DNA from: Steroidobacteraceae bacterium
GTDB lineage: Bacteria > Pseudomonadota > Gammaproteobacteria > Steroidobacterales > Steroidobacteraceae
Direction of reading: 5' to 3'
DNA: 64,000 nt
Assembly (NCBI GenBank): GCA_035631515.1
Contig: DASQIP010000066.1
Span: forward strand, 738-64,737
Shown here: in pieces, positions 1 through 10,138 of the stretch
How positions within the stretch are numbered: position 1 is the first letter of the stretch
Layout: each line of letters starts with the position of its first letter
Made by a program: the position numbers and the translations under genes
Notes under the pieces: generated by a model
Told to the model about the DNA's origin: nothing
Databases searched by the model: none
What the model saw: the letters and a program-made list of their open reading frames with translations, nothing else

Positions 1-32
1 GGTCCCGAGTTCAAATCTCGGCGCTCCGACCA
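1..32 (+). tRNA. tRNA gene, 3' portion only (identity undeterminable)
   Basis: The window opens inside a tRNA. T-arm CCGAG-TTCAAAT-CTCGG is followed by acceptor 3' strand CGCTCCG, discriminator A and an encoded CCA ending at nt 32. The anticodon lies outside the window. Confidence 0.7.
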
Positions 33-143
33 ATCTTTCAGGGTCCTTTCCGGTCACATCGCTGACGGTTTATACCGGGGACATCGCTGACACCTTAGCA
101 CTGAAGGGATTGGGGACAAATTCGACGCGGGTGCTCTGCTTGT

Positions 144-2810
144 TCAAATCCATTTGAGCCGTAGCAGCAGCACCTTGACGCCCTGTGTCAGCAGTACATA
201 GCACAGCAAGGTGGCCGCAAGGAGTGGCCAGTAGAGCGTGGGCAGCCTGGAGAATCCCAGATACGGGCCCAGTGGCGAGGACGGGATGGCGATTCCGATC
301 ACCATGATGACCAGGGTCATCGCGAGCACCGGCCAGGATGACTGGCTTTGCAGCAGCGGGATCTTGTTGGTGCGGATGACGTGAATGATCAGCGTCTGTG
401 TCAGCAGGCTCTCGACGAACCAGCCGGTCTGAAAGAGGCTCGCGCTATGCGTTGCCGCCTGTGGCGTCGAGACGTCCCAGCAGTTGAAGACGTATAGCAT
501 CATGAAATAGGTCGTGTAGTCGAATACCGACGAACACGGCCCGATAAAGAGGACAAAGCGGGTGAGCTCGGTGAGATTCCAGCGGCGCGGCGCGAGGACC
601 CGCTCCGGATCGACGGCATCGGTGGGAATGGTGGTCTGGCCGATATCGTAGAGCAGGTTGTTGGCGAGAATCTGCATCGGCAGCATCGGCAGGAACGGCA
701 GGAAGACGCTGGCCCCCAGCACGCTGAACATGTTGCCGAAGTTGCTCGAAGCTCCCATGCGGACGTACTTGATGATATTTGCGAATACCTTTCGGCCCTC
801 GATCACGCCTTCGTCCAGCACCAGCAGTGATTTCTGCAGAAGAATCATGTCGGCCGCCTCTTTGGCGATGTCGACGGCGGTGTCGACGCTGATACCGACG
901 TCGGCAGCGTGCAGGGCGGGGGCATCGTTGATGCCGTCGCCGATGAATCCGACGGTGTGCCCGTGCGATTGCAGTGCCTTGATGATCCGCTGCTTGTGCG
1001 CTGGCGACACGCGGGCGAATAGCGTAGTTCTCTCAGCCGCCGCGGCGAGCTCCTCGGCGCTCATCTTCTCCACCTCATCGCCCAGCAGCACGAACTGCGT
1101 TGCGATCCCGACCTCCTTACAGATCTTGCGGGCCACCAGGTCATTGTCGCCGCTCACTACCTTGACCGAGATTCCGTGGCGCTGCAGGGCCTCCAGTGCC
1201 GCGCTCGCGCCTTCCTTCGGTGGATCGAGAAACGCCACATAGCCCCGCAGGATCAGATCCTGCTCATCGGCCTTGCCGTAAGGCGTGGCGCCGGTCGCCA
1301 CAGTGCCACGCGGCTCGACATCCCTGGTGGCGATGGCCAGAACGCGGAAGCCGTCCGCACTCAGTAGTTCGTACTCGTTCTTGAGGTTCTCGATGTGCTG
1401 GTGGTCCATCGGCACCAGCGAGCCATCGAGCTCGGCGCTCCCGCATTTGGGGAATATCGACTCCGGGGCGCCCTTGGAGATGATCCGGTCCTTGCCTTCA
1501 GGCGTACGGACCACTACCGACATGACGCGTCGCTGGAAGTCGAACGGGATCTCGTCGACCTTGGTAAATGCGGAGACATTGGCCTCGGCATGCGTGTCGG
1601 CATGCGCGAGCACAGCACGGTCGAGGACATTCTTCAGTCCGGTCTGGAAGTGACTGTTCACATACGCGAGCGCGAGCACGTCGTCCTCCGCGCGCAGCAT
1701 GACGTTGCAGTAGCGCTCGAGGACGACTCGGTCCGTCGTCAATGTGCCGGTCTTGTCGGTGCAGAGTACGTCCATCGCACCCAGGTTCTGGATGGCGTTG
1801 ATTCGCTTGACGATGACTTTCTTGTGCCCCATTGCGACCGCCCCCTTCGACAGGCACACGGTCACGATCATCGGCAGCATCTCCGGCGTCAGGCCGACCG
1901 CCACTGCCAGCGCAAAAAAGAAGGCCTGTATCCAATTGTGTTTGGTCAGGCCGTTGATGAGAAACACCAGCGGCACCATCACCAGCATGAAGCGCAGCAT
2001 GAGCCAGGTAAATTGCGCAATGCCGCGATCGAAGGCCGTCTGAGGCTGCGGCTCCTGCAGGGACTCGGCCATGCTGCCCAAATACGTGTTCTTGCCGGTC
2101 GCCAACACCACCGCGCTGGCCGCGCCGCTTTCGACGCTGGTACCGAGGAACGCGACATTACGCAGGGCGATCGGTGCGCTCAGGGCGTCCGCGTCATTCG
2201 CCTGGATCTCGGATTTCTCGACCGGGAAGCTCTCTCCGGTAAGCGATCCCTGGCTTACGAAAAGGTCCTTCGCCTTAACGATCCTCACGTCGCCGGGAAC
2301 CATGTCACCGGCCGTGACCTGCACCACATCGCCGGGCACCAGTTGCGCTATGGCAATTTCCTGGGTCGCGCCATCGCGCGACACGGTTGCCGTCACCGAG
2401 ATCATTGCCCTGAGCTTTGCTGCAGCGCTGTCGGCCCGGGTCTCCTGAATGAGCTTGAGGCCGACGCTCAGGGCAATCATGGATAGCATCACCACCGCGG
2501 ATCGGAAGTCGCCGGTCGCAAAGGAGATCGTCGCGAGCCCGGCCAGCAGCAGCACCAGCGGGTTGAGAACCGCACGCCCAAGCAGTTTGAGGACGCCAGG
2601 ACGCTGGTCCCTGGCAAGGACATTGGGGCCGTAGCGTTCGAGTCGCTCCTGCGCTTCGACGCCGCTCAACCCTTCGGGGCGGGTGCCGAGCCTCGCGTAG
2701 ACGTGCGCCGCGTCCAGGGTCGCTGCCTCCGCGACGATTGGCGAGACGCGAATCGCCCGGACCTTGTGCTGGTCGGAGGCCAGCAGGCGTTTGGGCAGGA
2801 TGGTGGCCAA
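144..2810 (-). CDS. mgtA: Mg2+-importing P-type ATPase (MgtA/MgtB family)
   Basis: 888-aa ORF with P-type ATPase signatures TGES, DKTGTLT (phospho-Asp site) and GDGINDAPAL, plus a hydrophobic C-terminal TM bundle. Length and N-terminal layout fit the MgtA subfamily. The ORF-track start is TTG at 2810, so the exact start is uncertain. Confidence 0.85.
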   Translation of the reverse strand: MATILPKRLLASDQHKVRAIRVSPIVAEAATLDAAHVYARLGTRPEGLSGVEAQERLERYGPNVLARDQRPGVLKLLGRAVLNPLVLLLAGLATISFATGDFRSAVVMLSMIALSVGLKLIQETRADSAAAKLRAMISVTATVSRDGATQEIAIAQLVPGDVVQVTAGDMVPGDVRIVKAKDLFVSQGSLTGESFPVEKSEIQANDADALSAPIALRNVAFLGTSVESGAASAVVLATGKNTYLGSMAESLQEPQPQTAFDRGIAQFTWLMLRFMLVMVPLVFLINGLTKHNWIQAFFFALAVAVGLTPEMLPMIVTVCLSKGAVAMGHKKVIVKRINAIQNLGAMDVLCTDKTGTLTTDRVVLERYCNVMLRAEDDVLALAYVNSHFQTGLKNVLDRAVLAHADTHAEANVSAFTKVDEIPFDFQRRVMSVVVRTPEGKDRIISKGAPESIFPKCGSAELDGSLVPMDHQHIENLKNEYELLSADGFRVLAIATRDVEPRGTVATGATPYGKADEQDLILRGYVAFLDPPKEGASAALEALQRHGISVKVVSGDNDLVARKICKEVGIATQFVLLGDEVEKMSAEELAAAAERTTLFARVSPAHKQRIIKALQSHGHTVGFIGDGINDAPALHAADVGISVDTAVDIAKEAADMILLQKSLLVLDEGVIEGRKVFANIIKYVRMGASSNFGNMFSVLGASVFLPFLPMLPMQILANNLLYDIGQTTIPTDAVDPERVLAPRRWNLTELTRFVLFIGPCSSVFDYTTYFMMLYVFNCWDVSTPQAATHSASLFQTGWFVESLLTQTLIIHVIRTNKIPLLQSQSSWPVLAMTLVIMVIGIAIPSSPLGPYLGFSRLPTLYWPLLAATLLCYVLLTQGVKVLLLRLKWI

Positions 2811-3039
2811 TGTCGCGAGCTCGTCTATGTGGGGGGCGTACCAACAGCTTAACCGACCGTCATGATTTCCGTAGTCGGGACAGCCGGGTTCTCTGCTGTA
2901 TGGCCGGGACGATTCCCCGCGGGTCGCAGAACGCGCGGTGCTCGGGCTGATTCGCGCGGTCGAGGTCGGGTGACTGGAGCCTTATCTCATTGCTTCGGTG
3001 GTCATCTTCATGAAGACTCGCAGCAAGGAGGCTGACTCC

Positions 3040-3405
3040 ATGTCTGAAATTGTCGCGTCGACATTTGTACTCGCAGTCCAGGATCTTGACGCCTCGCGAA
3101 CGTTCTTCTGTCAGAAGTTGGGCTTCGTTGAAGACCTTCGTGTCGAGGGATGGTCCTTCCTGAGCCGCGGCGCCTGCAGGCTCCGACTCGGGCATTGCCC
3201 TGAGGCGTTGCCCATATCAAAGTGCGCCGATCACTCATGGTTCGCATATCTTCACGTCCGGGATATCACCGGACTATACGAGCAAGTGCGAAAGCAGGAT
3301 GTAGAGGTCTGGCACGTGTTGGAGGACAAGCCGTGGTGTATGCGTGAATTCGCAATTGTGACGCCGGATGGTCACCGCATAGTGTTCGGTGAGCCGCTTG
3401 TCTAG
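3040..3405 (+). CDS. VOC/glyoxalase/bleomycin-resistance family protein
   Basis: Small protein with a typical VOC beta-alpha-beta-beta-beta pattern (FVLAVQDLDASRTFF...GF, C-terminal REFAIVTPDGHRIVFGEP). ATG at 3040 is preceded by AAGGAGG; the ORF-track start at 2998 lacks an RBS. Confidence 0.7.
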   Translation: MSEIVASTFVLAVQDLDASRTFFCQKLGFVEDLRVEGWSFLSRGACRLRLGHCPEALPISKCADHSWFAYLHVRDITGLYEQVRKQDVEVWHVLEDKPWCMREFAIVTPDGHRIVFGEPLV

Positions 3406-3518
3406 TTGCCTTGGGGAGTGACTGTGCTTGACGCCGCCGACGCAACCCGACGCCTTGCGGATTCGGGTACAGTCGGGCTCGGGGGCTGCGTCGGTGTCGA
3501 TCCTGGGGGGCGATCAAG

Positions 3519-3800
3519 GTGAGAGCGACGGCACACGTTCAGGTCGAGAATGACTGGGTGAAAGTGACCGAGTGGCGATTTGCTCCGGGTGCGGAGACCG
3601 GGCATCACGTTCATGCCTGCGATTATGTGGTCGTGCCCTTGACCAGCGGCAGGCTCCGTCTCGAGGACGGGGCGACCACCAGCGAAGCGCAGCTCACCAG
3701 TGGCGTTGCCTACGCCCGCAGGAAGGGCGTCGCGCACAATGTGATCAACCCCAATGCCTTCGAGTTTCGGTTTCTGGAAATCGAGATCATTCGGGCGTGA
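3519..3800 (+). CDS. cupin domain protein
   Basis: 93-aa ORF with cupin-like metal motif G-HHVH and a beta-rich sequence. GTG start. The stop overlaps the next gene's start (GTGA at 3797-3800). Confidence 0.6.
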   Translation: MRATAHVQVENDWVKVTEWRFAPGAETGHHVHACDYVVVPLTSGRLRLEDGATTSEAQLTSGVAYARRKGVAHNVINPNAFEFRFLEIEIIRA

Positions 3801-5092
3801 GGCGCTCGCACGGCACCGGCCTATCCCGGGCCGCGGCCGGCACGGCCTATTCGTTCTATGTGCTGATACTCCTCACCCTCGTCTACATCACTAATTTCAT
3901 CGATCGTATCGTGCTCGGTATCCTGGTCGGGCCGATCAAGGCGGAGCTGCACTTGAGCGACAGCCAGCTCGGGCTCATCGGCGGTACCGCTTTCGCGCTG
4001 TTCTACACGGCCCTCGGGATCCCGGTCGGATGGTGGGCCGACCGCGCGAGCCGTGTGCGCATCATGACTGCTGCGCTCGTGTGCTGGAGCGTGTTCACGG
4101 CGCTCACCGGCTCGGTCCACGGCTTCCTCACCCTGTTTCTTGCGCGACTCGGTGTCGGCGTGGGCGAGGCCGGCGGAGTCGCACCCGCGTATGCCCTGAT
4201 CGCTGACTACTTTCGACCCGGCTGGCGTGCGCGGGTCCTCGGCCTGTTCTCGCTCGGTGTTCCGATAGGCAGCGCGCTCGGCTACCTGCTCGGCGGCTGT
4301 CTGACTACCGCCTTCACATGGCGGACGGCCTTCATCTGGCTGGGCGGCGCCGGCTTGTTGATCGCGCCGCTGTTTCTGCTGACGGTCCGGGAGCCTGAAC
4401 GCGGGCGACTCGATGCGGCTCCGGCCGCTCGCGCCGCGCCGCCGCTCACGCAGGTCTGGCGCACCCTCGCCGCCAAGCCGGCCTTCTGGCTGTTGTCGCT
4501 GGGGGCCGGCTGCGGCTCGCTCATGGGATACGGGCTGCTCTTCTGGTTGCCTTCGTTCTTCATGCGCAGTGACGGCATGAGCGTCATCGCGGTGTCGCGG
4601 CTGCTCGCCGCGCTGCTGCTCTGCGGTGGAGTGCCGGGGATTCTTCTCGGCAGCTACCTCGCCGACCGTCTGGGAATGCGCGATCGGCGCGCCTATGCCC
4701 TGGTGCCGGCGCTGGCGTTCCTCTGCATTCTTCCCTGCTACGCGCTCGGCACCGCGTTGCCGATGGGGCCGGCCGCGTTTGCGTGCTTCCTGGTGCCGGC
4801 GGCGCTGCAGCTCGTGTGGCTCGGGCCCGTGCTCTCGGCCATTCAACAGCTGGTGCCGCCGACCATGCGCTCACTCGCCTCCGCCATCTTCCTGTTCATC
4901 AACAATCTGCTCGGGCTGGGGCTCGGTGCACTGGTCATCGGATTCGCATCCGATCAGCTGGCGGCGAAGTTCGGCAGTGCCTCGCTGCGCTACGCGATCC
5001 TCGGGGGCACGGTGTTCTATGTGCTCGCCGCGGGGCTGTTCCTGGCGGCAGCGCGGCGGCTGCAGCGCGACCTCGAGCCGCTCAGCGCCTGA
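3797..5092 (+). CDS. MFS transporter
   Basis: About 12 hydrophobic segments and an MFS loop 2-3 motif (GWWADRASRVR). The N-terminal 75 aa of the 506-aa ORF overlap the cupin gene and look non-protein-like. An in-frame GTG at 3797 gives a GTGA overlap with the cupin stop. Confidence 0.8.
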   Translation: MRRSHGTGLSRAAAGTAYSFYVLILLTLVYITNFIDRIVLGILVGPIKAELHLSDSQLGLIGGTAFALFYTALGIPVGWWADRASRVRIMTAALVCWSVFTALTGSVHGFLTLFLARLGVGVGEAGGVAPAYALIADYFRPGWRARVLGLFSLGVPIGSALGYLLGGCLTTAFTWRTAFIWLGGAGLLIAPLFLLTVREPERGRLDAAPAARAAPPLTQVWRTLAAKPAFWLLSLGAGCGSLMGYGLLFWLPSFFMRSDGMSVIAVSRLLAALLLCGGVPGILLGSYLADRLGMRDRRAYALVPALAFLCILPCYALGTALPMGPAAFACFLVPAALQLVWLGPVLSAIQQLVPPTMRSLASAIFLFINNLLGLGLGALVIGFASDQLAAKFGSASLRYAILGGTVFYVLAAGLFLAAARRLQRDLEPLSA

Positions 5093-5140
5093 CCTGGACC
5101 GAGGAGTCTGCGCGCAACGCGCTGGCCGCCGTGCCTGCCG

Positions 5141-5917
5141 TCAGAACTCCTGCGCCCGCGCGGCGCTGACGCGATCGTTCAATTCCCGCCAGAACGTCTC
5201 GTACTTCGCCGGCCCCTCGCTCGCGGCGAAGCGCAGGGGGTGGACTCTCTTCACCAGGATCTCCGCCGCGTTCGGCTCGCTCTTCAGAATGGTCATCACC
5301 TCGGAGATGAAGTCGCGCAGCGGCATGGCACTGGGATCGCTGGCCTGCCGGCCGCCCATGAGCTCGGTCTGCACGTACGGGGGCACGAGCTCGATGACCG
5401 CAATGCGCGTCCCGCGCAGCTGATAGCGCAGACTCTGCGTGTAGGAATGGATCGCCGCCTTGGTCGCCGAGTAGCTTGGGGTCATCGCCAGCGGCACGAA
5501 GGCCAGCCCGGACGAGACCGTCATGATGGCCGCCTGCGTCTGCTTCAGGAGATGCGGCAGCAGGGCGCTCGTCAGGAGCATCGGGCCGGTCAGGTTGGTA
5601 GCGACCGTCTCCAGGGCGATGGCCGCGGTGTTGGTCGTGCGCAGGTTCTCGTTCTTCATGATGCCCGCGTTGTGGATGACGACGTTGAGGGCCGGGAATT
5701 TCTCCACGGCCGAGCGGGCCAGGGTCTCGATGCTGTGCGGGTCGGACATGTCGACACTCAGCCGCTCGAACCCCTGGCGCGCCGCAGCCTCGAGTCTGCG
5801 CGCCGAGCGGGCAGCGACGATTACCTTGTTGCCGAGCTTCGAGAACTCCTCGGCGAGCGCGAGCCCGATACCCGATCCGCCGCCGGTCAGCAGAATCGTG
5901 TTGTCCGTGATTCTCAT
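5141..5917 (-). CDS. short-chain dehydrogenase/reductase (SDR)
   Basis: TGGGSGIG Rossmann motif near the N-terminus, NAG motif and catalytic YSATK (YxxxK). Confidence 0.85.
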   Translation of the reverse strand: MRITDNTILLTGGGSGIGLALAEEFSKLGNKVIVAARSARRLEAAARQGFERLSVDMSDPHSIETLARSAVEKFPALNVVIHNAGIMKNENLRTTNTAAIALETVATNLTGPMLLTSALLPHLLKQTQAAIMTVSSGLAFVPLAMTPSYSATKAAIHSYTQSLRYQLRGTRIAVIELVPPYVQTELMGGRQASDPSAMPLRDFISEVMTILKSEPNAAEILVKRVHPLRFAASEGPAKYETFWRELNDRVSAARAQEF

Positions 5918-6064
5918 GAGCCATGCCTCCTCTCGCGCTCCGGCGCACGCGGACTCCGTACCGCGGGCGCGACGCGATGGGTACTCGATGGACGTTAGGG
6001 GTGCGGTTCGATCGTCGCCTCTCTCATAAGGGGCAAACTCGCGCCCCCGATCGGCAGGAACGGG

Positions 6065-6769
6065 CTAGCGGGCCCGCCGCGCTTCTCTGGCGGCGAACCA
6101 GCCCGCGTACACGACGGACAGCAGTCCGATCACGAAGATGCCGTCGAAGGTGCCGGCGCCGCCGATGGATGCAACCGGCGCGCCCAGCCCGCGGATCTTG
6201 TCGAGGTTGGTGAGATCGGCACCGATCAGTGTGCCGAGACTCCCGCAGATATAGGCGAGGGCGCCCGCGTGGCGCCTCGACAGGGTCAGCGCCATGACGG
6301 TCGTTACCACGCACGGAACGAAGATCGGTTCGGCGATGCCGATGCCGGGGACGGGAGTCGCGAGCAGGTGGCACGCCAGCGCCACGACCGCGATGCCCCA
6401 GAGGCTCAGGGTGTAGAGCTCGTTACGCAGGATCAGATAGAGCGACACGCAGATGGGAATCAGCGCGCCGCCCACGTTGATCGCCAGCACCGTCGCCGGC
6501 GCTGAGCGCATCACGGGCACTACATAGGGGATGCCGAAGTAGGTTACGACCGCCCGGGCGATCATGTGCTGCTCGGGCAGGTAGGCGATCGGGATATTGA
6601 TGTAGCTGCCGAGCAGCGAGGCCAGCAGCACTCCCATCATGGTGCCCGGGGCGAGTCCCATGCTCGCCGAAGCGAAGCTGAGAACCCGCGTCGCGACGAA
6701 TCCGCCCACGATCGCGAACAGCATCGCGAGCCCGAGCAGCGCCGGCGCGGCGACCGGAAAATAATGCAT
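6065..6769 (-). CDS. integral membrane protein (DUF1614-like)
   Basis: Multi-pass hydrophobic protein. The ATG at 6769 (MHYFPVAAPALLG...) starts the hydrophobic part; upstream ORF sequence is Arg/Ser-rich and unlikely to be coding. The family assignment is from memory of the DUF1614 pattern. Confidence 0.55.
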   Translation of the reverse strand: MHYFPVAAPALLGLAMLFAIVGGFVATRVLSFASASMGLAPGTMMGVLLASLLGSYINIPIAYLPEQHMIARAVVTYFGIPYVVPVMRSAPATVLAINVGGALIPICVSLYLILRNELYTLSLWGIAVVALACHLLATPVPGIGIAEPIFVPCVVTTVMALTLSRRHAGALAYICGSLGTLIGADLTNLDKIRGLGAPVASIGGAGTFDGIFVIGLLSVVYAGWFAAREARRAR

Positions 6770-6836
6770 GTGCCATGTTAGCGTGGGAATGCCGCGCCTG
6801 GCATCCGAACCGCCCGGGCATCCGCCTTGCGGCACG

Positions 6837-7136
6837 CTATCCGCGGCGGGCCGTCTGCTCGCAGTACTCCTGGAGCCGCTCCAGCACCGCTTCGAACGCA
6901 ACGAGGTAGTCCCTGCCGTCACGCTGCGCGTAGGCGGCTCGCCACAGCTCGTCGGGAAGCTCGCGATTCAGCAGGTTCGCGAAGTCCTCGAGGATGTCTT
7001 CCTTCACGGCCATCCAGAAGTCCTCACCGCGAACCCTCTCGGCGACCCAGCGGAGGTAACGCGCCTCGTCCGATCCCGGCGCAACGCCCGGATCGGGAGG
7101 GGCAGGTGGCGCCTTCGGGTGCTCGATCGTCATCAT
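6837..7136 (-). CDS. hypothetical small acidic protein
   Basis: 99-aa C-terminal part of a 211-aa ORF. ATG at 7136 is preceded by GGAGA. The sequence is helical and acidic with strong GC3 coding bias. No family recognised. Confidence 0.5.
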   Translation of the reverse strand: MMTIEHPKAPPAPPDPGVAPGSDEARYLRWVAERVRGEDFWMAVKEDILEDFANLLNRELPDELWRAAYAQRDGRDYLVAFEAVLERLQEYCEQTARRG

Positions 7137-7275
7137 CGTCGTCTCCTGGCAATCCCGGCTGCCGGTACGCCGACTTATACGTCCGAGAGTGGTTGATTCT
7201 TCCCCATCGGGGGACGCTGTGCCCGAGCCGTCGGGAAAAAGCGGTCTCAGGGGCGGCAGAGCCGCCCCGAGACCG

Positions 7276-7998
7276 TCAGCGATGCGCCATCCGCATGGGG
7301 GGGCCTGTCGCGGATGACGCAATTCGAGAGGGGGTGTTGCGTGCCTGCAGGGCTTGCTGCGCGCTCCGTGCCAATAGCTCGTCAACACCCGCCGGGTTCG
7401 AGGGTTCGAAGTGCGCGATGCCGACGTCGAGCCGGGCGCGTGCGGGCTCCAGGCCGGCGGTCCTCGCTCCAATCTGCCGTAGAATCGAATCGCGCGAGAG
7501 ATACTCGACGCGGGGCGTCAGCGCGGCGAACTCCGCGGCGCCGAGCCTTCCGAGCGCCTCGCGCACCCCGTAGTCCGGGAAGAGATCGCGCAGCGCATTG
7601 CCCATCTGGCGCAGTGCCATCATCGGCAGCCCGGCGCCCTGGTCGCCCTGCGGGCCGAGACGCAGATAGATGAGGTGGTGAGCACAGCGGTCCCGGACCG
7701 CGAGATCGAGCAGGCGGGTGGCGCACTGCAGGAAGCCGCGGCGGTTGTGCAGGCCGGTGACCTCGTCATTCATCGCCGCCGAACGCAGCTGATACACGAG
7801 GCTCTGCAGCGCCCGCTGCTGCAGGGCAATACTCTGCGCACGGCTCGATCCGCGGAAGCGCAGCAACTCTCCAAGCAGACGCGCTATGCCGGCATCGTCG
7901 CCGTTGCCGACGGCGATCCGCAGTTGAGCCGAGATCTCGAGGACACGGGCGCGGGAGTCGTTGGTCCGCCTGAGCTGCACCACCGATGCGGCGTCCAC
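7276..7998 (-). CDS. GGDEF-domain protein with degenerate active site (GAAEF)
   Basis: The C-terminal domain starts with the typical D-x-L-T-G-L-x-N-R-R pattern (VTGLHNRRGF). The GGDEF position reads LGAAEFAAL. The N-terminal ~90 aa are helical with no TM segment. Confidence 0.7.
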   Translation of the reverse strand: MDAASVVQLRRTNDSRARVLEISAQLRIAVGNGDDAGIARLLGELLRFRGSSRAQSIALQQRALQSLVYQLRSAAMNDEVTGLHNRRGFLQCATRLLDLAVRDRCAHHLIYLRLGPQGDQGAGLPMMALRQMGNALRDLFPDYGVREALGRLGAAEFAALTPRVEYLSRDSILRQIGARTAGLEPARARLDVGIAHFEPSNPAGVDELLARSAQQALQARNTPSRIASSATGPPMRMAHR

Positions 7999-8173
7999 TA
8001 CGCGCGACTCCTCTCTAATCTAAAGACATGCCCGTTACGAGCCAGCGTACGCGCCCGGTGGCCACAGCAGCAGCGGCATAACACCCGGTCGGGCGTCGGC
8101 TGATAACCGCCGCGCCCGTAAGGAAACTCCTACGACCGGCCGTTCCGTCGCAGCGCAGCACGACCCGCACGGT

Positions 8174-9574
8174 ATGATTCTTACGATGAACTCGGTCACC
8201 CGTCAGATGGTGGTGGTCGCGTTGCTGCTCGCCACGGTCGTCGGCCTGTTCGTCGCCGCCCAACTCGGTCAGCGCCGGCTCGAGGACGCGAGCGCGCGCA
8301 TCGTGCTCAACGCTCGCCGCCAGCAGGCGCTCGCTGACGTGTGGCAACTCCTGCGGCAGGCGGAGAGCAGCCAGCGCGGCTACATCCTGGTCGGCGACTC
8401 AGAGTATCTCGCCCCGTTCCGGCAGGCTTCTACGGACTTCGACGCCGCACTCGGGCGGCTCGACGCCGCCTACGCCGGCGCCGGCGCCGCGACGCGCTCC
8501 GACGTCGCGCAGCTCCGGCAGCTCGGTAACGCAAAATTCGATGAGATGCGCGCGACCGTCGAGGCCTTCGGCATCCGCGGCCGGGCGGCGGCGTTGCAGA
8601 TCATCCGCGGCGAAGTCGGCACCTCGACCATGTCGCAGATCGACGATCTGGTGCGCAGGATCGAGGCGCACGACAACGCCGAGGCAGTCGAGGCCAGCCG
8701 CCGCTGGCAGCTGAGCCGCTGGGGCGGCATCGCCACCACCAGCGCGGCCCTGGTGGCGAGCACGGGTCTGCTGCTGCTGCTGAGCGGGCTCACGCTGCGC
8801 CACCTGCGCTCCAAGGAGCGCGAGACCGAGCAGCTCGCGGCGCGGCAAGGCGAGCTCGAGCGCCTGGTCGAACAGCGCACCGGGGAGCTTTCGGAGCTCT
8901 CGACCCATCTGCAGTCGGTGGCCGAGCAGGAGAAGGCGGCACTCGCGCGCGAGCTGCACGATGAGCTCGGCGGTCTCCTGGTCGCGGCGCGCATGGACCT
9001 GTCATGGCTCGAGGCGCGCGTCGCCAGCGACGACCCGGAGGTGCACAGCTACTTCCAGCGCGTGCAGGACGCACTGCAGGCGGGCGTGGACATCAAGCGC
9101 CGGGTGATCGAGAGTCTGCGACCCACGCTGCTCGACAACCTCGGACTCGTGCCGGCGCTGCGCTGGCAGGTGGAGCAGGCCTGCCAGCGGGCCGGGCTCA
9201 AGAGCCTGGAGCGTTACCCCGCGGAGGAGCTGTTACTTACGCCGGAGGCCTCGATCGCCGTCTTTCGGATCGTGCAGGAGGCGCTCGCCAACATCGTCAA
9301 GCATGCGCGTGCCACTGCGGTCGAGGTGACGGTCGAAGTGGCGGAGCCCTGGCTGCTCGTGCGGGTGCGCGATGATGGCGTCGGCGTGCCGCCGCAACGG
9401 CTGCTCGCGCTCGGGGCGCATGGACTCGCGGTCATGCGTCACCGGGCACGGGCACTCGGCGGCCATTGGGAGCTGCGGCGCGCCGCTGCGGCCGGCACCG
9501 AGATCGAAGTACACCTGCCGCTCGCGCGCGTGCTGGCCCGCGAGGAGGGGAGCGGGTGTCGGCACGATGCCTGA
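8174..9574 (+). CDS. sensor histidine kinase, CHASE3 + HisKA_3 + HATPase_c (NarX/DegS class)
   Basis: N-terminal TM, CHASE3-like segment (SQRGYILVGDSEYLAPF), second TM, coiled coil, H-box ELHDELGG and a C-terminal ATPase region. Confidence 0.85.
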   Translation: MILTMNSVTRQMVVVALLLATVVGLFVAAQLGQRRLEDASARIVLNARRQQALADVWQLLRQAESSQRGYILVGDSEYLAPFRQASTDFDAALGRLDAAYAGAGAATRSDVAQLRQLGNAKFDEMRATVEAFGIRGRAAALQIIRGEVGTSTMSQIDDLVRRIEAHDNAEAVEASRRWQLSRWGGIATTSAALVASTGLLLLLSGLTLRHLRSKERETEQLAARQGELERLVEQRTGELSELSTHLQSVAEQEKAALARELHDELGGLLVAARMDLSWLEARVASDDPEVHSYFQRVQDALQAGVDIKRRVIESLRPTLLDNLGLVPALRWQVEQACQRAGLKSLERYPAEELLLTPEASIAVFRIVQEALANIVKHARATAVEVTVEVAEPWLLVRVRDDGVGVPPQRLLALGAHGLAVMRHRARALGGHWELRRAAAAGTEIEVHLPLARVLAREEGSGCRHDA

Positions 9575-9982
9575 TCAGTGCTGGGTTGCGGCGCCGCCGC
9601 CCTGGGCGGCGTAGGCGCGCAACAGCACCGGCAGCCGATCGTAGTCGCGCGACTTGTTGAGGAAGGCGTCGACCCCGAGGGCCTCGGCCTCGCGCCGATA
9701 TTGCGGCAGGTCGAAGCCCGTGAGGACCACGACCTTCGGCCGTGACGCGTGCGCGCGCCGCAGGGAACGCAGCACCCCGAACCCGGAGCCGTCGCGCAGG
9801 TGCAGATCGAGAATCAGCACGTCGGGCGCAGAGCTCGCTACCTGCTGCAGCGCGTCCGCTTCCGTGTCGACGGTACCGATCAGGTCGACGCGCGGCAGGC
9901 CGCGGATCAGCTCGGTGAGCCGGCGGGCGAGCACGCCGGAATCCTCGACGAGCAGCACGCGTACGGAGTGGGTGTCCGGCAT
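9575..9982 (-). CDS. single-domain response regulator (receiver only)
   Basis: The MPDTHSVRVLLVEDS...DVLILDLHLRDGSG...VVVLTG pattern matches a CheY-like receiver, and there is no output domain. Its stop codon directly abuts the kinase stop (TGATCA). Confidence 0.8.
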   Translation of the reverse strand: MPDTHSVRVLLVEDSGVLARRLTELIRGLPRVDLIGTVDTEADALQQVASSAPDVLILDLHLRDGSGFGVLRSLRRAHASRPKVVVLTGFDLPQYRREAEALGVDAFLNKSRDYDRLPVLLRAYAAQGGGAATQH

Positions 9983-10138
9983 ATGAGTTGTCGCCCGGCC
10001 TTCCTTACCAGGGGACGGTGTGCGACCGCAGGCACCGTCTGCGCCGCAGGGTAGCAACGACCGGCGCAGGCCCGATGCCGGTAGCCGCCCTCGTGGGGTG
10101 TCAGTGAACGCTGACCGGCCCTCGGGGGAAACCCCGCC

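Noticed and set aside
2811-3039. Possible Mg2+-responsive leader (mgtL-type proline-rich peptide or M-box riboswitch) upstream of mgtA
   Set aside because: Minus-strand mini-ORFs here are 2-7 codons with no proline run, and I cannot recognise M-box conserved segments by eye. A covariance-model search (Rfam M-box / mgtA leader) would be needed.
1-7200. tRNA-flanked genomic island (an 11-bp direct repeat ACATCGCTGAC occurs twice at about nt 55-90, just after the tRNA end)
   Set aside because: There is no integrase, transposase or other mobility gene, no compositional break visible by eye, and the repeat is short and local. This is insufficient evidence for an island or att site.
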